From the IMG/VR virus record IMGVR_UViG_3300035180_001563, positions 1 through 64,000 of that record: DNA of 64,000 bases, one strand, 5' to 3'. Below are positions 46,819 to 57,472 of the stretch, piece after piece; position 1 is the stretch's first letter; every line of letters starts with the position of its first letter. This DNA comes from a virus. The notes under the pieces are model-generated. The model had not been told where the DNA came from, made no database searches, and saw only the letters and a program-made list of their open reading frames with translations. The translations under genes and the position numbers were made by a program.

Positions 46819-47526
46819 CTACATTGGAGGTCTACTGTCTCCAGATATATAGCTAGCTGAATAAGTGAAATTAACTCCAGTGGCAGTACCGATTGGTGTT
46901 AGGTTATTTCCCTGTCCTGAATAATCTATTATTTTAGTAACGGTTGTTCCTGGGGCACCCTCATCGAATAACAAACTTGTTATTAAACCATATACCAACC
47001 CATCTTTATCTCCAGCAGTTGAATATGCCGTCAATATTTCATCCGCTGAAAGTACTCTATTAAAGTATGAGATGTCGTCAACTGAAAATGTACCTGTTTC
47101 ACTAACTCCACCACCTGGATAACCGTTTATATACACAGCTGTAATTGTACCAGCTTGTTGTGCTACAGTTGCAGAATTTACGAATTTTCCATTAATATAA
47201 ATACTGTGTGTTGTTCCATTGAAGGTATATGCAATGTGATTCCATGCATTTGATGTTGGTAATATTATATTATTAGATGAAACAAGTATAGTTCCACCCC
47301 ATGTCCACACATCAACATTACCATTTCCAGAACTTGTTCCAATTTGAATTGCAGTTCCACCACTAGTTGCTGTATTATATGTACCAACCATACTTATTTT
47401 ACTACCAGAACTAAAATTTGCATTAATCCAAGTCATTAACGTAACTGGTGTTAGAGCATTAATAGCTAGTGCTCCTGTTTGACTAGCCAAATGATAATCA
47501 ACTGCTCCTGGAGTTGTAATAGCCAT
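46819..47526 (-). CDS. LamG/concanavalin-A-like domain protein
   Basis: WNHIAYTFNG...IYING, DDISYFNRVLSADEI, DYSGQGN. Confidence 0.85.
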   Translation of the reverse strand: MAITTPGAVDYHLASQTGALAINALTPVTLMTWINANFSSGSKISMVGTYNTATSGGTAIQIGTSSGNGNVDVWTWGGTILVSSNNIILPTSNAWNHIAYTFNGTTHSIYINGKFVNSATVAQQAGTITAVYINGYPGGGVSETGTFSVDDISYFNRVLSADEILTAYSTAGDKDGLVYGLITSLLFDEGAPGTTVTKIIDYSGQGNNLTPIGTATGVNFTYSASYISGDSRPPM

Positions 47527-47535
47527 ATCAGGTCC

Positions 47536-48618
47536 TTAAGTAAACTGAATAGTTATTTCTGACAATAACCAGTTATAAGCTAAATTACCACTCACACTCA
47601 CATTTCGTGTAATTTCCATTTGACATAAATTTCCTGCTGTCAGTGAGAGTGATGCAATGGAAAGTGTTTGTGAATAATATTGATAATATGCATTTGTTGG
47701 GACTGTGACAGTTGTCAGGTTTGTTGCAGCTGTCCATGCTCCGATCACAGCGTTATTGGGGATATTTCTAGTATAAACTTTAAGTTGTAAGTTAGCAGCT
47801 GATGCTGGTGCTGTTTGCGATCTTCCTTTGTAGGAAAACGTAACATTAGTAGCTCCTGCCGGTACAGGAACAAAGCACCCAACACCTTGTTCTACTGTGT
47901 TTGAAAATTGTCTAATATTCATAGCAGAAAAGGCAGGATCTACTGTTGTTGGCGCTAATGCATTTACAGTCCAGTCAGCTGTATTTGGTGAATCAAGACT
48001 AGTTGCAAAGTATGAGAGAGATCGTAATGGTGGTAACCCAGATATATCTGCTGCTGTTAGTGTTACATCTCCAATCCTTCCTGCTACAGATGTAACAGAA
48101 CTTGCTCCAGATCCAACCACAGTAAGTCCGTTTGCAATCACTACAACTCTAATACTGTGTGTGTTTCCTGTTACTGTAATCGTCGCTGAATTCGATGAGG
48201 TGAGAACTACCTTATCTGCTTGTATTAAAGTATTTGTGGTAGTATCGAACAATGATATAACCACATTTTGTGTTCCAAGATTATGACTTACAACGGCTGA
48301 ATATAAATTACCCGATACGAGTGTCCAAGAGGTAATTGTCGTAGAATAAGAGCTTGGAGTCGTTGCATTATTAACCCAAACACTCCCATTGTAAGTTAGA
48401 ACTTGTCCAGATATGGGTGAGGTTAAAGTAACATCAGATAACCCCGCTAATGCTTCTTGGGGTCCAATTTGAACAATAGAATCAGATCCATTATTCTTTT
48501 TAATATACATCTTACCATCGTAGGTGTTGATAGCAATCTCACCTAACTGAAGATCGGTTGTAGCTGGCACCTTTGCCGCCACAGACGATCTCTTAATTAA
48601 AATCGTATTTGTAGCCAT
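47536..48618 (-). CDS. Fibre protein with Mtd-N-like N-terminus
   Basis: IKRSS...P...L.LGEIAINTYDGK; LSDV......GQVL.YNG..W.N. Confidence 0.75.
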   Translation of the reverse strand: MATNTILIKRSSVAAKVPATTDLQLGEIAINTYDGKMYIKKNNGSDSIVQIGPQEALAGLSDVTLTSPISGQVLTYNGSVWVNNATTPSSYSTTITSWTLVSGNLYSAVVSHNLGTQNVVISLFDTTTNTLIQADKVVLTSSNSATITVTGNTHSIRVVVIANGLTVVGSGASSVTSVAGRIGDVTLTAADISGLPPLRSLSYFATSLDSPNTADWTVNALAPTTVDPAFSAMNIRQFSNTVEQGVGCFVPVPAGATNVTFSYKGRSQTAPASAANLQLKVYTRNIPNNAVIGAWTAATNLTTVTVPTNAYYQYYSQTLSIASLSLTAGNLCQMEITRNVSVSGNLAYNWLLSEITIQFT

Positions 48619-48640
48619 TATATTCTCCTATATAGGAAAC

Positions 48641-48662
48641 ACCTCCCGTATATACGGGAGGT
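48641..48662. terminator. GC-rich intergenic palindrome (terminator or processing site)
   Basis: ACCTCCCGTATATACGGGAGGT. Confidence 0.5.
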
Positions 48663-48675
48663 TACCACTTATTTA

Positions 48676-51600
48676 CTAGAACGTGCCACCATCAATAACC
48701 TGACCCACAATCATTGCATTTGTAATACCATAACCAGTCGTGGTTGTTGGTGTTGCAGTTACTTGTGAGAACGGAACAGTTAACGCTACGGCTGTACCAA
48801 TTGCAGTTACTAATCCTTTCGAGTTAACTGTGATTGGGTAATGATTTGCACCACCTGTGTTATACGTTCCTGCAACTACTCCACTATTCGCAAGTGTCAG
48901 AACAACTGAAGTGGTACCAGAACCAGTTGCATCACCAGTGAATGTGATATTTTGGTTTCCAGTCAAATAAGCAGTCGTAGATGCAGCAGTTACCTGACCT
49001 TGAGCATTTACTGTGAATGTGTTGTAACCAGAACCAGCGGTAACTGCGGTGTTAGTAATACTAAACGCATTTCCAGATAATGTTAAACCTGTTCCAGCTG
49101 TATACGTATTAGCTCCGGTAAACTGGGAGAACGTAATGTTTGTGGTTCCAACAGTGATTACGCCTGATACGTTTTCTGTCCAACCTGTACTTGCTAAGGT
49201 AGTACCTTGATCAACATACACAGCCATACCAGCGACTTGTGTTGAAGTTGTTGCATCTGTTGCACGACCCCAAGCACCTGTGGCAACAATATATATGCCA
49301 TTCTGTGAACCTGTTGTTTGATTCTTAACCAACACACGGTCCCCAGCAACAACAGCAACGCCATCAATTGTTTGTGTACCAGAAAGTGTTATATTTGCAG
49401 TTGTTGCAACACGAACTGCTTCTTTCCACGACAATCCAGCGACAGCATTATCAACATACTGTTTAGTAGCTGCACCAAGAACATTTACTGGATCTCCTGA
49501 AAGAACCAACAATCCGGTCATAGTGTCACCGGCTTTATTAACTGGTGTATATGCTAACGCTGTTGTAACATCACTAGATGTGAGTGTTACTGCACCAGTA
49601 CGTGTATTAAAGGACAATACACCAGTATTTCCAAACGTAATGTTGCCTGTTGCTCCTGAAACGCTAATACCAGAACCTGCAATTGCTGATAATACACCAG
49701 TGTTAGCAATCGTAACTGCCCCTGTTGCCCCGGAAACGCTAATACCAGAACCCGCTACATTTGACGTAACACCAGTATTGTTGATTGTAACTGTTCCTGT
49801 TCCATTAGAAACGTTAATTGCTGTTCCAGCTGTTACTGTTTTATATTCAAGTCCAGTTGCACCTGAATTGACTCCAAGAATCTGATTGGCTGCTCCAATT
49901 GAAGAAAGTCCAGTTCCACCATAACCTGTTGCAACTGTTGTTCCATTCCAGACACCAGATGTAACAGTTCCCAATGTAACTATAGAACTACTACCTGCAG
50001 CAGGTGCACGAGAGGTATCAGTTGGGTGAATATGATCTTGTCTTGCATACAAATATGAAGTACCGACTGCAACTGTTCCATCCATAATTGGATTAGCTGT
50101 ACCGGCTTGACCAAGAACAAACGCAGTAGTTGCAATTTGTGTTGAGTTAGTACTAACAGCTGCTGTTGGAGCAGATGGAGTTCCTGTAAATGTTGGAGAT
50201 GCTAATAATGCATACGAGGCTGCAGGTGTACCACCTAGATTGGTTGAATTTGAAGCTGTCCCAGAAATATTAATACTCCACGTTCCAGAAGCACCAGTAC
50301 CTGTCAATGTTGGAGCGTAAACTGAGTTAATATCAGTAATACCATAACCTGCAACTGTTGTGGGTTTACTTGTAATTGAACTCCATGCTGGTGTGATTGT
50401 TACTGCTGAACCAGTTGCTGTTACACGTCCTTTAGCATCTACAGTATATGGTGTAATTGCTGTTACACTATTGTTGTATGTTCCTGCAGTGACTCCACTA
50501 TTTGCAAGTGTTAATGTAATTGCTGTTGTTCCTGAACCAGTAGCATCACCAGACAATGTGATATTCTGGTTTCCAGTCAAATAAGCGGTTGTAGAAGCTG
50601 CTGTGACTTGACCTTGACTGTTAACTGTAAATGTATTATAACCAGAACCGGCGGTAACTGCGGTATTTGTAATACTGAAAGTGTTTCCAGATAATGTTAA
50701 GCCTGTTCCTGCAGAATATGTGCCAGAACCGGTAAATTGAGCAAATGCTAAACTTGTTGTCCCAACTGTAATTGCACCAGTTGTTGTTTGTGTCCACCCT
50801 GTATTTGCTAATGTGGAACCTTGATCAACATAAACCGTCAAACCTTGAATCTCTGTTCCTAAATCAGCATCTGTAGATCTTGTCCATGCACCAGAACCTG
50901 CAATGTAAATACCATTTTGAGATGCTGTTGTTTGATTTTTAACTAAAACACGATCACCAGCAATAGTAGTATACCCATCAATCGACTGTAATCCTGAAAG
51001 AGTTATGTTTGCAGTAGTTGCACACATAACAGCTTCTTTCCAAGAAAGACCTGCAATGGCATTATCCACATATTGTTTTGTGGCAGCACCTAAAGCTGCT
51101 GATGGATCTCCTGAAAGAACTAACAATCCAGTCATCGTATCGCCGGCTTTGTTAACTGGTGTATATGCTAACGCTGTTGTAATATCACTAGCGGTTACTG
51201 CAGTTGTTCCAGTAACAAGACCTTTGCCGTTTCTAGTAATTTTTAAGAAAGAACCTGAACCACTGTCGGTAATTGTTGCAAGAGTTGCTGTTATTGCTGT
51301 AGTACCTGACCCAGACACGTCTCCAGAAAGAGTAATTGTTTGGTTTCCAGACAATGGAGTATATCCAAGAGCTGTGCTGACATCTGAAGATGTTAATGTA
51401 ACAGCTCCTGTTCTACCAAATACAGACGTTACTGGAAAAGCAATCGCTGTAGCTGATGCTGCTGTTACTAAACCTTTACCATTTACTGTAAACGATCCTA
51501 CGTGTGTACTATCTCCAAATGTTCCTACGTTTGAGTTAACTGTTGCTAAGGTAAGAGAAACAGCGGCTCCACTAACTGAACCAGAAACATCACCAGAGTA

Positions 51601-51762
51601 TGTGTACAAACCAACCTGAATGACACTGTCTGTGCCATTATTGATGTGCATATACATCTTACCATCATATGTGTTTAACCCTACTTCACCGATAGCAATA
51701 TCTGTGATCGCAGGAATTTTTCCTGGGGTTGACGTTCGTTTTAAAAGAATCTGATTTGACAT
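48676..51762 (-). CDS. 1028-aa Thr/Gly-rich fibre protein with internal duplication
   Basis: Mtd-N-like start; two copies of WKEAV..ATTANITLSG.Q.IDG...GDRVLVKNQ...NGIY. Confidence 0.85.
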   Translation of the reverse strand: MSNQILLKRTSTPGKIPAITDIAIGEVGLNTYDGKMYMHINNGTDSVIQVGLYTYSGDVSGSVSGAAVSLTLATVNSNVGTFGDSTHVGSFTVNGKGLVTAASATAIAFPVTSVFGRTGAVTLTSSDVSTALGYTPLSGNQTITLSGDVSGSGTTAITATLATITDSGSGSFLKITRNGKGLVTGTTAVTASDITTALAYTPVNKAGDTMTGLLVLSGDPSAALGAATKQYVDNAIAGLSWKEAVMCATTANITLSGLQSIDGYTTIAGDRVLVKNQTTASQNGIYIAGSGAWTRSTDADLGTEIQGLTVYVDQGSTLANTGWTQTTTGAITVGTTSLAFAQFTGSGTYSAGTGLTLSGNTFSITNTAVTAGSGYNTFTVNSQGQVTAASTTAYLTGNQNITLSGDATGSGTTAITLTLANSGVTAGTYNNSVTAITPYTVDAKGRVTATGSAVTITPAWSSITSKPTTVAGYGITDINSVYAPTLTGTGASGTWSINISGTASNSTNLGGTPAASYALLASPTFTGTPSAPTAAVSTNSTQIATTAFVLGQAGTANPIMDGTVAVGTSYLYARQDHIHPTDTSRAPAAGSSSIVTLGTVTSGVWNGTTVATGYGGTGLSSIGAANQILGVNSGATGLEYKTVTAGTAINVSNGTGTVTINNTGVTSNVAGSGISVSGATGAVTIANTGVLSAIAGSGISVSGATGNITFGNTGVLSFNTRTGAVTLTSSDVTTALAYTPVNKAGDTMTGLLVLSGDPVNVLGAATKQYVDNAVAGLSWKEAVRVATTANITLSGTQTIDGVAVVAGDRVLVKNQTTGSQNGIYIVATGAWGRATDATTSTQVAGMAVYVDQGTTLASTGWTENVSGVITVGTTNITFSQFTGANTYTAGTGLTLSGNAFSITNTAVTAGSGYNTFTVNAQGQVTAASTTAYLTGNQNITFTGDATGSGTTSVVLTLANSGVVAGTYNTGGANHYPITVNSKGLVTAIGTAVALTVPFSQVTATPTTTTGYGITNAMIVGQVIDGGTF

Positions 51763-51781
51763 TTACTACTCCTATTTTTGG

Positions 51782-52114
51782 TTAAAATGTTCCTGCATCT
51801 AGTGATATTTCTATATTTTGTGCTGATATTAATTTCCCAGTTTGATCTACCGTAAACTGTCCAACAGAACTAGCAGTTCCATATGTACCTGCCAATATCC
51901 CACTTGCTGTTGCTGTTGATAATAAAACCCAATCTGTGTTAGTTTGTCCTGTTTTAAGGTACAACCCACTATCTGTTCCAAAAGAACGAAGGAATAGAGA
52001 TCCTTCAGGGGCCTCGTAACCGGTTACTGAAGGATCAATTGTGCCTTGCGTTATTAAAACATCATCACTTAATGATAATGTTTCAATTCTAAATGCACTG
52101 TCTATGTGAGCCAA
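51782..52114 (-). CDS. Small virion protein
   Basis: AP.GSL.L...LY.K...W motif; DAGTF end like neighbour. Confidence 0.7.
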   Translation of the reverse strand: MAHIDSAFRIETLSLSDDVLITQGTIDPSVTGYEAPEGSLFLRSFGTDSGLYLKTGQTNTDWVLLSTATASGILAGTYGTASSVGQFTVDQTGKLISAQNIEISLDAGTF

Positions 52115-52136
52115 GGTTGTTTCCTTTTAAAAAAGA

Positions 52137-53336
52137 TTAAACTGCAGAAACGCGCTTGATCTTAACTTCCATGTTTGTTGTAGATGTTACTGTTAGCACT
52201 AAATCACCACCTGATACTGTAACAGCTGCTGCAATTCCAGCAACACCAACGCCAAGCCTTAAAATTCCATATTCGTTATAATCAACATCTGCACCATTAG
52301 TTGCACCTAATACTTCAAAAGAGGACATATTAGCAGGTGTTCCTGTTTGTGTTGCGTAAACGATCCATTTAGCAACAACCGCAGTAACTGTATCTGTAAT
52401 ACTTTGTGTACCAGTTCCAACAACTTTCTTACCAGACTGTTCAACATAATCTGCAAGTGCTTGAATATTAGAATCAACAGAACTACCAGCAGTGATGATT
52501 GTATTTGTAGTTACACCAGCACCAATCGCGGAATCCAATTGTGTCAATACGTTTGTGATACTTGTTGGAGAGGTAACATTGTTAAATGTTGCTCCTGCTG
52601 CATTAAATGTACCATTAGCATTAACTAAACCACCAACGGATGTTTCAATGGCATCAACTTCTGTTTGTACGTTATTAGATTGACCCTGTAATGTAGAAAT
52701 CTGACCATTAATCGTTGTAATACTTCCATTTATTGTGGTAATATCACCTTCTACTGTAGTCATACGACCAACAAATGCTGGATCAATTGTTATTACATAA
52801 CCCACATCAGAAGAACCTGACACTGCGATCAAATTTGCTGTACCCTGCACGTTCGAGTTTGTATTATCAATTATATCAACACCACCAGATGTATTCCAGA
52901 CTAAACCGTCACCTGCATTTGCATAGAAAGCTGTACCTGCTCCAACAACGAACCAACCTGATGTTGATGCCTTATAATAATCTCCAGCGTCTTTTCCATT
53001 TGTTGGGAGAGTTGCTAAATCAAAAGGAGTTACTTGTGCAACACCAGCTGTTAACACTCCAACATAATTAAACGCATTTCCTAAGTTTGTGATTTCTGTT
53101 TGAAGATTAGTAATCTGAGAATCTACATAACTGGATGCAGCTTGTTTGGACCACTTATTGGTACCTACTCCAGCAGTAATTTTTGTATATAAATCGCCAG
53201 AACTATGATCAAGATACAACGAACCTACGGGAGCCAAACTTGGGTCACCCGCTGCTCCTGGTACACCAGCACCTTCAAGAATTTGAATATTGTCTAATTC
53301 TAAACCTTTTGTAATACGAAACATTGATAAAGCCAT
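52137..53336 (-). CDS. Virion fibre protein with coiled coil
   Basis: APVGSLYL..LYTK motif; heptad segment ITTINGSITTING. Confidence 0.75.
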   Translation of the reverse strand: MALSMFRITKGLELDNIQILEGAGVPGAAGDPSLAPVGSLYLDHSSGDLYTKITAGVGTNKWSKQAASSYVDSQITNLQTEITNLGNAFNYVGVLTAGVAQVTPFDLATLPTNGKDAGDYYKASTSGWFVVGAGTAFYANAGDGLVWNTSGGVDIIDNTNSNVQGTANLIAVSGSSDVGYVITIDPAFVGRMTTVEGDITTINGSITTINGQISTLQGQSNNVQTEVDAIETSVGGLVNANGTFNAAGATFNNVTSPTSITNVLTQLDSAIGAGVTTNTIITAGSSVDSNIQALADYVEQSGKKVVGTGTQSITDTVTAVVAKWIVYATQTGTPANMSSFEVLGATNGADVDYNEYGILRLGVGVAGIAAAVTVSGGDLVLTVTSTTNMEVKIKRVSAV

Positions 53337-53381
53337 GATAAACTCACTCCTAAAAATTTGTTATTTGGTTAATAAATTCAA

Positions 53382-53732
53382 TTACGTTGTCTTTATATTT
53401 GCTATATTTATTACAAAATCAAAACTCTCATGGTTAATTACACTAATTGTAATCAGTCCGGATTGAATACTCACTTCAAGAGTAAAATTCAAACTATCTC
53501 CCACAATACCATATGAATTGTATGAAACGGTAGTTCCCACCTTAACTGCTAAAATTTCAAATGCTTGAGCTTTAGTATTTGGTTGATCTGTGATCGTTAC
53601 AATCCATTTAGCAGATATTCCACTACTTTGGACCAGTATCGTTTGTGTATTAGGAGGGACTGTGTATGTGCTTGGGTATCCCAAAACACTACCCAAGCCA
53701 CCTTGGACTGGTTTGGATAAAACTAATGGCAT
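53382..53732 (-). CDS. Small virion protein
   Basis: AKWIV...FEILA...YN.YG shared with C-terminus of 52137-53336. Confidence 0.7.
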   Translation of the reverse strand: MPLVLSKPVQGGLGSVLGYPSTYTVPPNTQTILVQSSGISAKWIVTITDQPNTKAQAFEILAVKVGTTVSYNSYGIVGDSLNFTLEVSIQSGLITISVINHESFDFVINIANIKTT

Positions 53733-53898
53733 GTCTTTCCTTTGTAAGGATGTTATTCGTTGTTAGTGTATTTACTTCACTTTTAAAATAATTATTAGAT
53801 TTGTTTAACAAATTTAATAGGTTAAAAACATACTTCGATTCTTCTTTGTGTTTGTAAACAATAAATAATAAGAAACATTTTAAAAACAAGGAAGTCAA

Positions 53899-54522
53899 AT
53901 GAATGTCATCATTAGTTCATTCTTAACCCAAAACAACGAACCTGCGTTGGGTCTGTTACCTACAATACGTATTTGGAAAATAACTGAAACATCCCAAACA
54001 CTTGTAGTTCCTGGTAGTGGACCAGAACTAACAATGACTGAGGTTGGGGATGGTTTTTATAAATTTGATTTTACTGATACATTGGGGTTTAATTCATTAA
54101 ACACTTATGTTGCTAGAATTGATGGAGGAGTTGCATTGGATAGTACTGGAGAACGGTTCCAGGCTGTTAATATCGACCTCACTACTGCAGGTAATGCCAC
54201 TATCACACCAACAGATATCAGTACTATTGTTAATGGTGTATGGGATGCAACAGCAACAAACCATATGGTACCTGGAACAATGGGGTCATTTCAGAATGAA
54301 ACTCACGCGGATGCACAACAAACTTATATCAATGTGACTACAGCTATTAACCTAATGACAACATTATTAAAATATGAAAGAAATAGAACAAGAATAGATA
54401 AATCAGCCATGACGTTAACTGTTTACGATGATGATGGAATTACACCTATTGAAGTATTTAATCTTAGGGATTCTACGGGCAGTCCATCAGTCACTGAAGT
54501 ATGTGAACGACTTCCAGTATAA
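53899..54522 (+). CDS. Hypothetical (probable virion) protein
   Basis: MTEVGDGFYKF, LTVYDDDG.TP motifs; ATAAATA upstream. Confidence 0.7.
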   Translation: MNVIISSFLTQNNEPALGLLPTIRIWKITETSQTLVVPGSGPELTMTEVGDGFYKFDFTDTLGFNSLNTYVARIDGGVALDSTGERFQAVNIDLTTAGNATITPTDISTIVNGVWDATATNHMVPGTMGSFQNETHADAQQTYINVTTAINLMTTLLKYERNRTRIDKSAMTLTVYDDDGITPIEVFNLRDSTGSPSVTEVCERLPV

Positions 54523-54533
54523 AGGAAAATATT

Positions 54534-55001
54534 GTGGATTCTATGGGTGGCATTCTTCTAAAAGGTCTTGGTGCTCCAGCATGCTGTGGATTAATATTAG
54601 CACAATTTAATCTTGCTAAGTGTTGTCAATATACAGTCACTGTAACATCACCAATACAATATGATGGAGGATCTCGACCATTGGCTCCTGGAGAAATACA
54701 TCAGTTTTACACTCCAGTGAGTCCAACAGGAAGAGTAACACCTGGAATTAAACCATTAGAATATTTAACACCATACAATCCCCCAAGGCCGGTTGATAAA
54801 ATTGTCGTCGAGTTAAAGGTTAAGGACAAAGACCCAATCGTTAAGGAATATTACGTTCCTCAATATCACTCTAAAGTTATTTTACAAGTAACCAGATTTA
54901 CAGCGGGAACTGCAGGTATTATATCGGTATCAGTTACAAATTTAAAAAATGAGTTTAAGAAAAAAATACAAGTATTCATTGATAAATTCACCAAACGATA
55001 A
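54534..55001 (+). CDS. Hypothetical protein
   Basis: 155-aa ORF in plus-strand operon. Confidence 0.6.
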   Translation: MDSMGGILLKGLGAPACCGLILAQFNLAKCCQYTVTVTSPIQYDGGSRPLAPGEIHQFYTPVSPTGRVTPGIKPLEYLTPYNPPRPVDKIVVELKVKDKDPIVKEYYVPQYHSKVILQVTRFTAGTAGIISVSVTNLKNEFKKKIQVFIDKFTKR

Positions 55002-55022
55002 ATAAACAAAAAAGGTTTAAAC

Positions 55023-55619
55023 ATGGACACTATTACCGTCAATCGTACAAAACAAACAACAGTGGAATTTGATTTAAGAGTTGAAGGAGCTTCTACAGAA
55101 GATGCCCGTTCCAGGCTTATAATTCATTGTGAAGGGTTTAATTTAATGTTTGATTGTAAGCGAGATTCTCAATCTACTTTCATAACTACTATTCCCCCTG
55201 TTTCTTTTCTCGATAGAGGAACTCATGATTGTAGCGTTGAAGTTATAATAAACGGTCAATTGTTTACTCCTCTGAAAGGTACTGTTATTGCTGTTGATGA
55301 CGTATCAGTTTCTGTGTCACCCAAATCAAACTCAAAAGATGAAAATAATGAGGAAGGTGAAGAATATGAAGAAGAGAAAGCTTCTCCTAAATCAATTTTA
55401 AATTATATGCAAAACCATGATGCTGTTGAGGAAGAAGAAACAGTAACTGAACATATTACCCCAATAATAAAAACACCAAGAAAGATTGAAAAGAAGAAGA
55501 AAAGTGTAGTTAATGAGAAGGAAGTTAAAGTACGACAAATTTTAGAGTCTATGGATCACCCCGTAAAGAAGAAAACAAGATCCATTTCTCTAAAAACTCT
55601 CACTTCAACAAAAAATTAA
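55023..55619 (+). CDS. Hypothetical protein
   Basis: EVII.G..FTP domain plus charged tail. Confidence 0.7.
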   Translation: MDTITVNRTKQTTVEFDLRVEGASTEDARSRLIIHCEGFNLMFDCKRDSQSTFITTIPPVSFLDRGTHDCSVEVIINGQLFTPLKGTVIAVDDVSVSVSPKSNSKDENNEEGEEYEEEKASPKSILNYMQNHDAVEEEETVTEHITPIIKTPRKIEKKKKSVVNEKEVKVRQILESMDHPVKKKTRSISLKTLTSTKN

Positions 55620-56128
55620 ATCACGATTCTCATGACTTCAAGTTGATCTATCAACTTGAACAAATGTTTACACATTCCAGGTTTGTGAGAAGGATTAACA
55701 TCGGGTCTGTTTGTTTTCTTTACGTACGGAGGAGGTGGATTTCCATCCAATGAATCTTTTTGATAATTGGTTTGAGCAAATCTGTAATAAAAATCCATAC
55801 AATTACACTTCACTTTAACGTCATTTACACCTGAATTGATGGGGTGAATGTTGTAACTGGTTCCATCGGAACCATCAAATGAAACTAATCTGTTCGATGG
55901 TTGTGTCTCATAAAAAACATTTTCAAACTCAATAGAACAGTTATATCTATGTCCTCCACTATTAGCAACAGCATCAACTTTAAGCACATTAGACTTAGTA
56001 TATGGCAGCAGTTTCACGTTTGAAATGTTTATAGAGCTTACTACCTTTTGCCTTTTGGATGTATCGGGAAATGCATCTTCCGACGACTTCTGTAAATTTT
56101 TAAGCGTAAGTTCTAGTAACGTTGTCAT
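55616..56128 (-). CDS. SWIM-type zinc-finger protein
   Basis: VKVKCNCMDF...GMCKHL. Confidence 0.75.
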   Translation of the reverse strand: MTTLLELTLKNLQKSSEDAFPDTSKRQKVVSSINISNVKLLPYTKSNVLKVDAVANSGGHRYNCSIEFENVFYETQPSNRLVSFDGSDGTSYNIHPINSGVNDVKVKCNCMDFYYRFAQTNYQKDSLDGNPPPPYVKKTNRPDVNPSHKPGMCKHLFKLIDQLEVMRIVI

Positions 56129-56167
56129 ATGAAAACCTCTTTATTGTATTTATATCAAAAATAACTG

Positions 56168-56196
56168 TTGACTGATTTGTTTTTATGTTGTATAAT
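56168..56196 (+). promoter_or_regulatory. sigma70-type promoter with no downstream ORF
   Basis: TTGACT-17 nt-TATAAT. Confidence 0.6.
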
Positions 56197-56299
56197 TACA
56201 TTGTCCCACCCGCATGTAATAACTATATAATATTTAAACTATTTTAAAACCGTTTAAAACTATTTTTTAGTATTTAACAGTTCTCTTTACCCTAATTCA

Positions 56300-57472
56300 T
56301 TACATGCCCCCAAACGGATCAAAGCTGTTCGGATCATTTGGGTCAGTAAAAGTTCCTCTAGGCTTCACATGTCCATACCCCTGAGTATAAACCATTGGTG
56401 TACCCTGCTCAGTTTCATCATACTGCTCTTGGTCATATCCATCTTCAATCTCTTCCATTTGATATAACAATTCGAATGCTTTATCTTCAAACATTGAAAT
56501 CTCCTCAATTATACGAACAATGATTAATGTTGCTGAGATGGAATCATCAGTTGAACCATATTGTGCTGCATAAGTTCCCATCTTTCGCACATATGTCTTT
56601 AGTTCTGCAAGTAAAGGTTTTGATTTCACTCCCATTTTTCCTTTAGTGATCAACTCCTTTAGATTATTACATGCTTTAGCCTTCGATTTCCCGGTTGTAG
56701 TCATTCCCAAACGCCCCTTACCGACCTCTGATACGAAATGTGCTTCGGGTGGATTATCGTCATTCTGATAAAGAGCAATAATTCCTTCCCCAACACCATT
56801 ATTCTCAACAGAGAAGTAAGCTAATGCTCCTAATCGTTCAATTGACCTTATAGCATATTTCAGAGTTTTGTATAAATCAGATGAAGAAGTGGTATTTGAT
56901 CTAAATTCACCATATTGAATTAACGATGGAAACTCAAATATTTCTATTGAACTCATATCACTACCAGTCCCTGTAGATGGATCAACGCCAATTAAAAAGT
57001 TTTGACCTTTAGTTGGCGTGTCAAACCAATGAATTCCATATTGATCTGGTTCTGGTAAGTTTTTGGTGACAATATTGTTTAATACGTGAGAACTAATCAA
57101 CAAAGCATCTGACGATAGGAAATGACAATTATGTGATAATACCCCGTTTGTCATATATGTGTGAGTTTGGGAATTAATTATATCATAAACATCTTCAACC
57201 TTATTGAAATTCACACTTTCAACTTCCACCCGACTGTGATTGTCACCAACAAGCTCTATTCCTGGATAAAGATCTTGTGTGAATACTTCTTTTGATGTGT
57301 TATATTCAAAAAAACGATGATTATGAGTAACATCAATGTAGGTTTCATTTGTAAACTTAACCCGATAGGTTTTCTTATTTTGTTGTTTTCGAATTCCATC
57401 AAATTCAACAAAACCATGTTCGGATTTAATTTTTATCCCTATATTATTTTTAATGAACTCTAAATTTTCCAT
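56300..57472 (-). CDS. terL: Terminase large subunit C-terminal half fused to C-intein
   Basis: 115-aa IntC ending SHN/C, then nuclease domain IGVDPSTG...VENNGVG...DD. Confidence 0.9.
   Translation of the reverse strand: MENLEFIKNNIGIKIKSEHGFVEFDGIRKQQNKKTYRVKFTNETYIDVTHNHRFFEYNTSKEVFTQDLYPGIELVGDNHSRVEVESVNFNKVEDVYDIINSQTHTYMTNGVLSHNCHFLSSDALLISSHVLNNIVTKNLPEPDQYGIHWFDTPTKGQNFLIGVDPSTGTGSDMSSIEIFEFPSLIQYGEFRSNTTSSSDLYKTLKYAIRSIERLGALAYFSVENNGVGEGIIALYQNDDNPPEAHFVSEVGKGRLGMTTTGKSKAKACNNLKELITKGKMGVKSKPLLAELKTYVRKMGTYAAQYGSTDDSISATLIIVRIIEEISMFEDKAFELLYQMEEIEDGYDQEQYDETEQGTPMVYTQGYGHVKPRGTFTDPNDPNSFDPFGGM
57128..57472 (-). mobile_element. Split intein C-fragment (115 aa)
   Basis: THNH block B, VYDI block F, NGVLSHN block G, Cys+1. 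Confidence 0.9.

Noticed and set aside
42113-51762. Diversity-generating retroelement suggested by Mtd-N-like domains and repeats
   Set aside because: No reverse transcriptase in the window; repeats are in-frame protein duplications and I saw no adenine-specific template/variable pair.
14661-53071. Many plus-strand ORFs antisense to fibre genes
   Set aside because: Shadow frames caused by Thr/Gly/Val codon bias; no independent signals.
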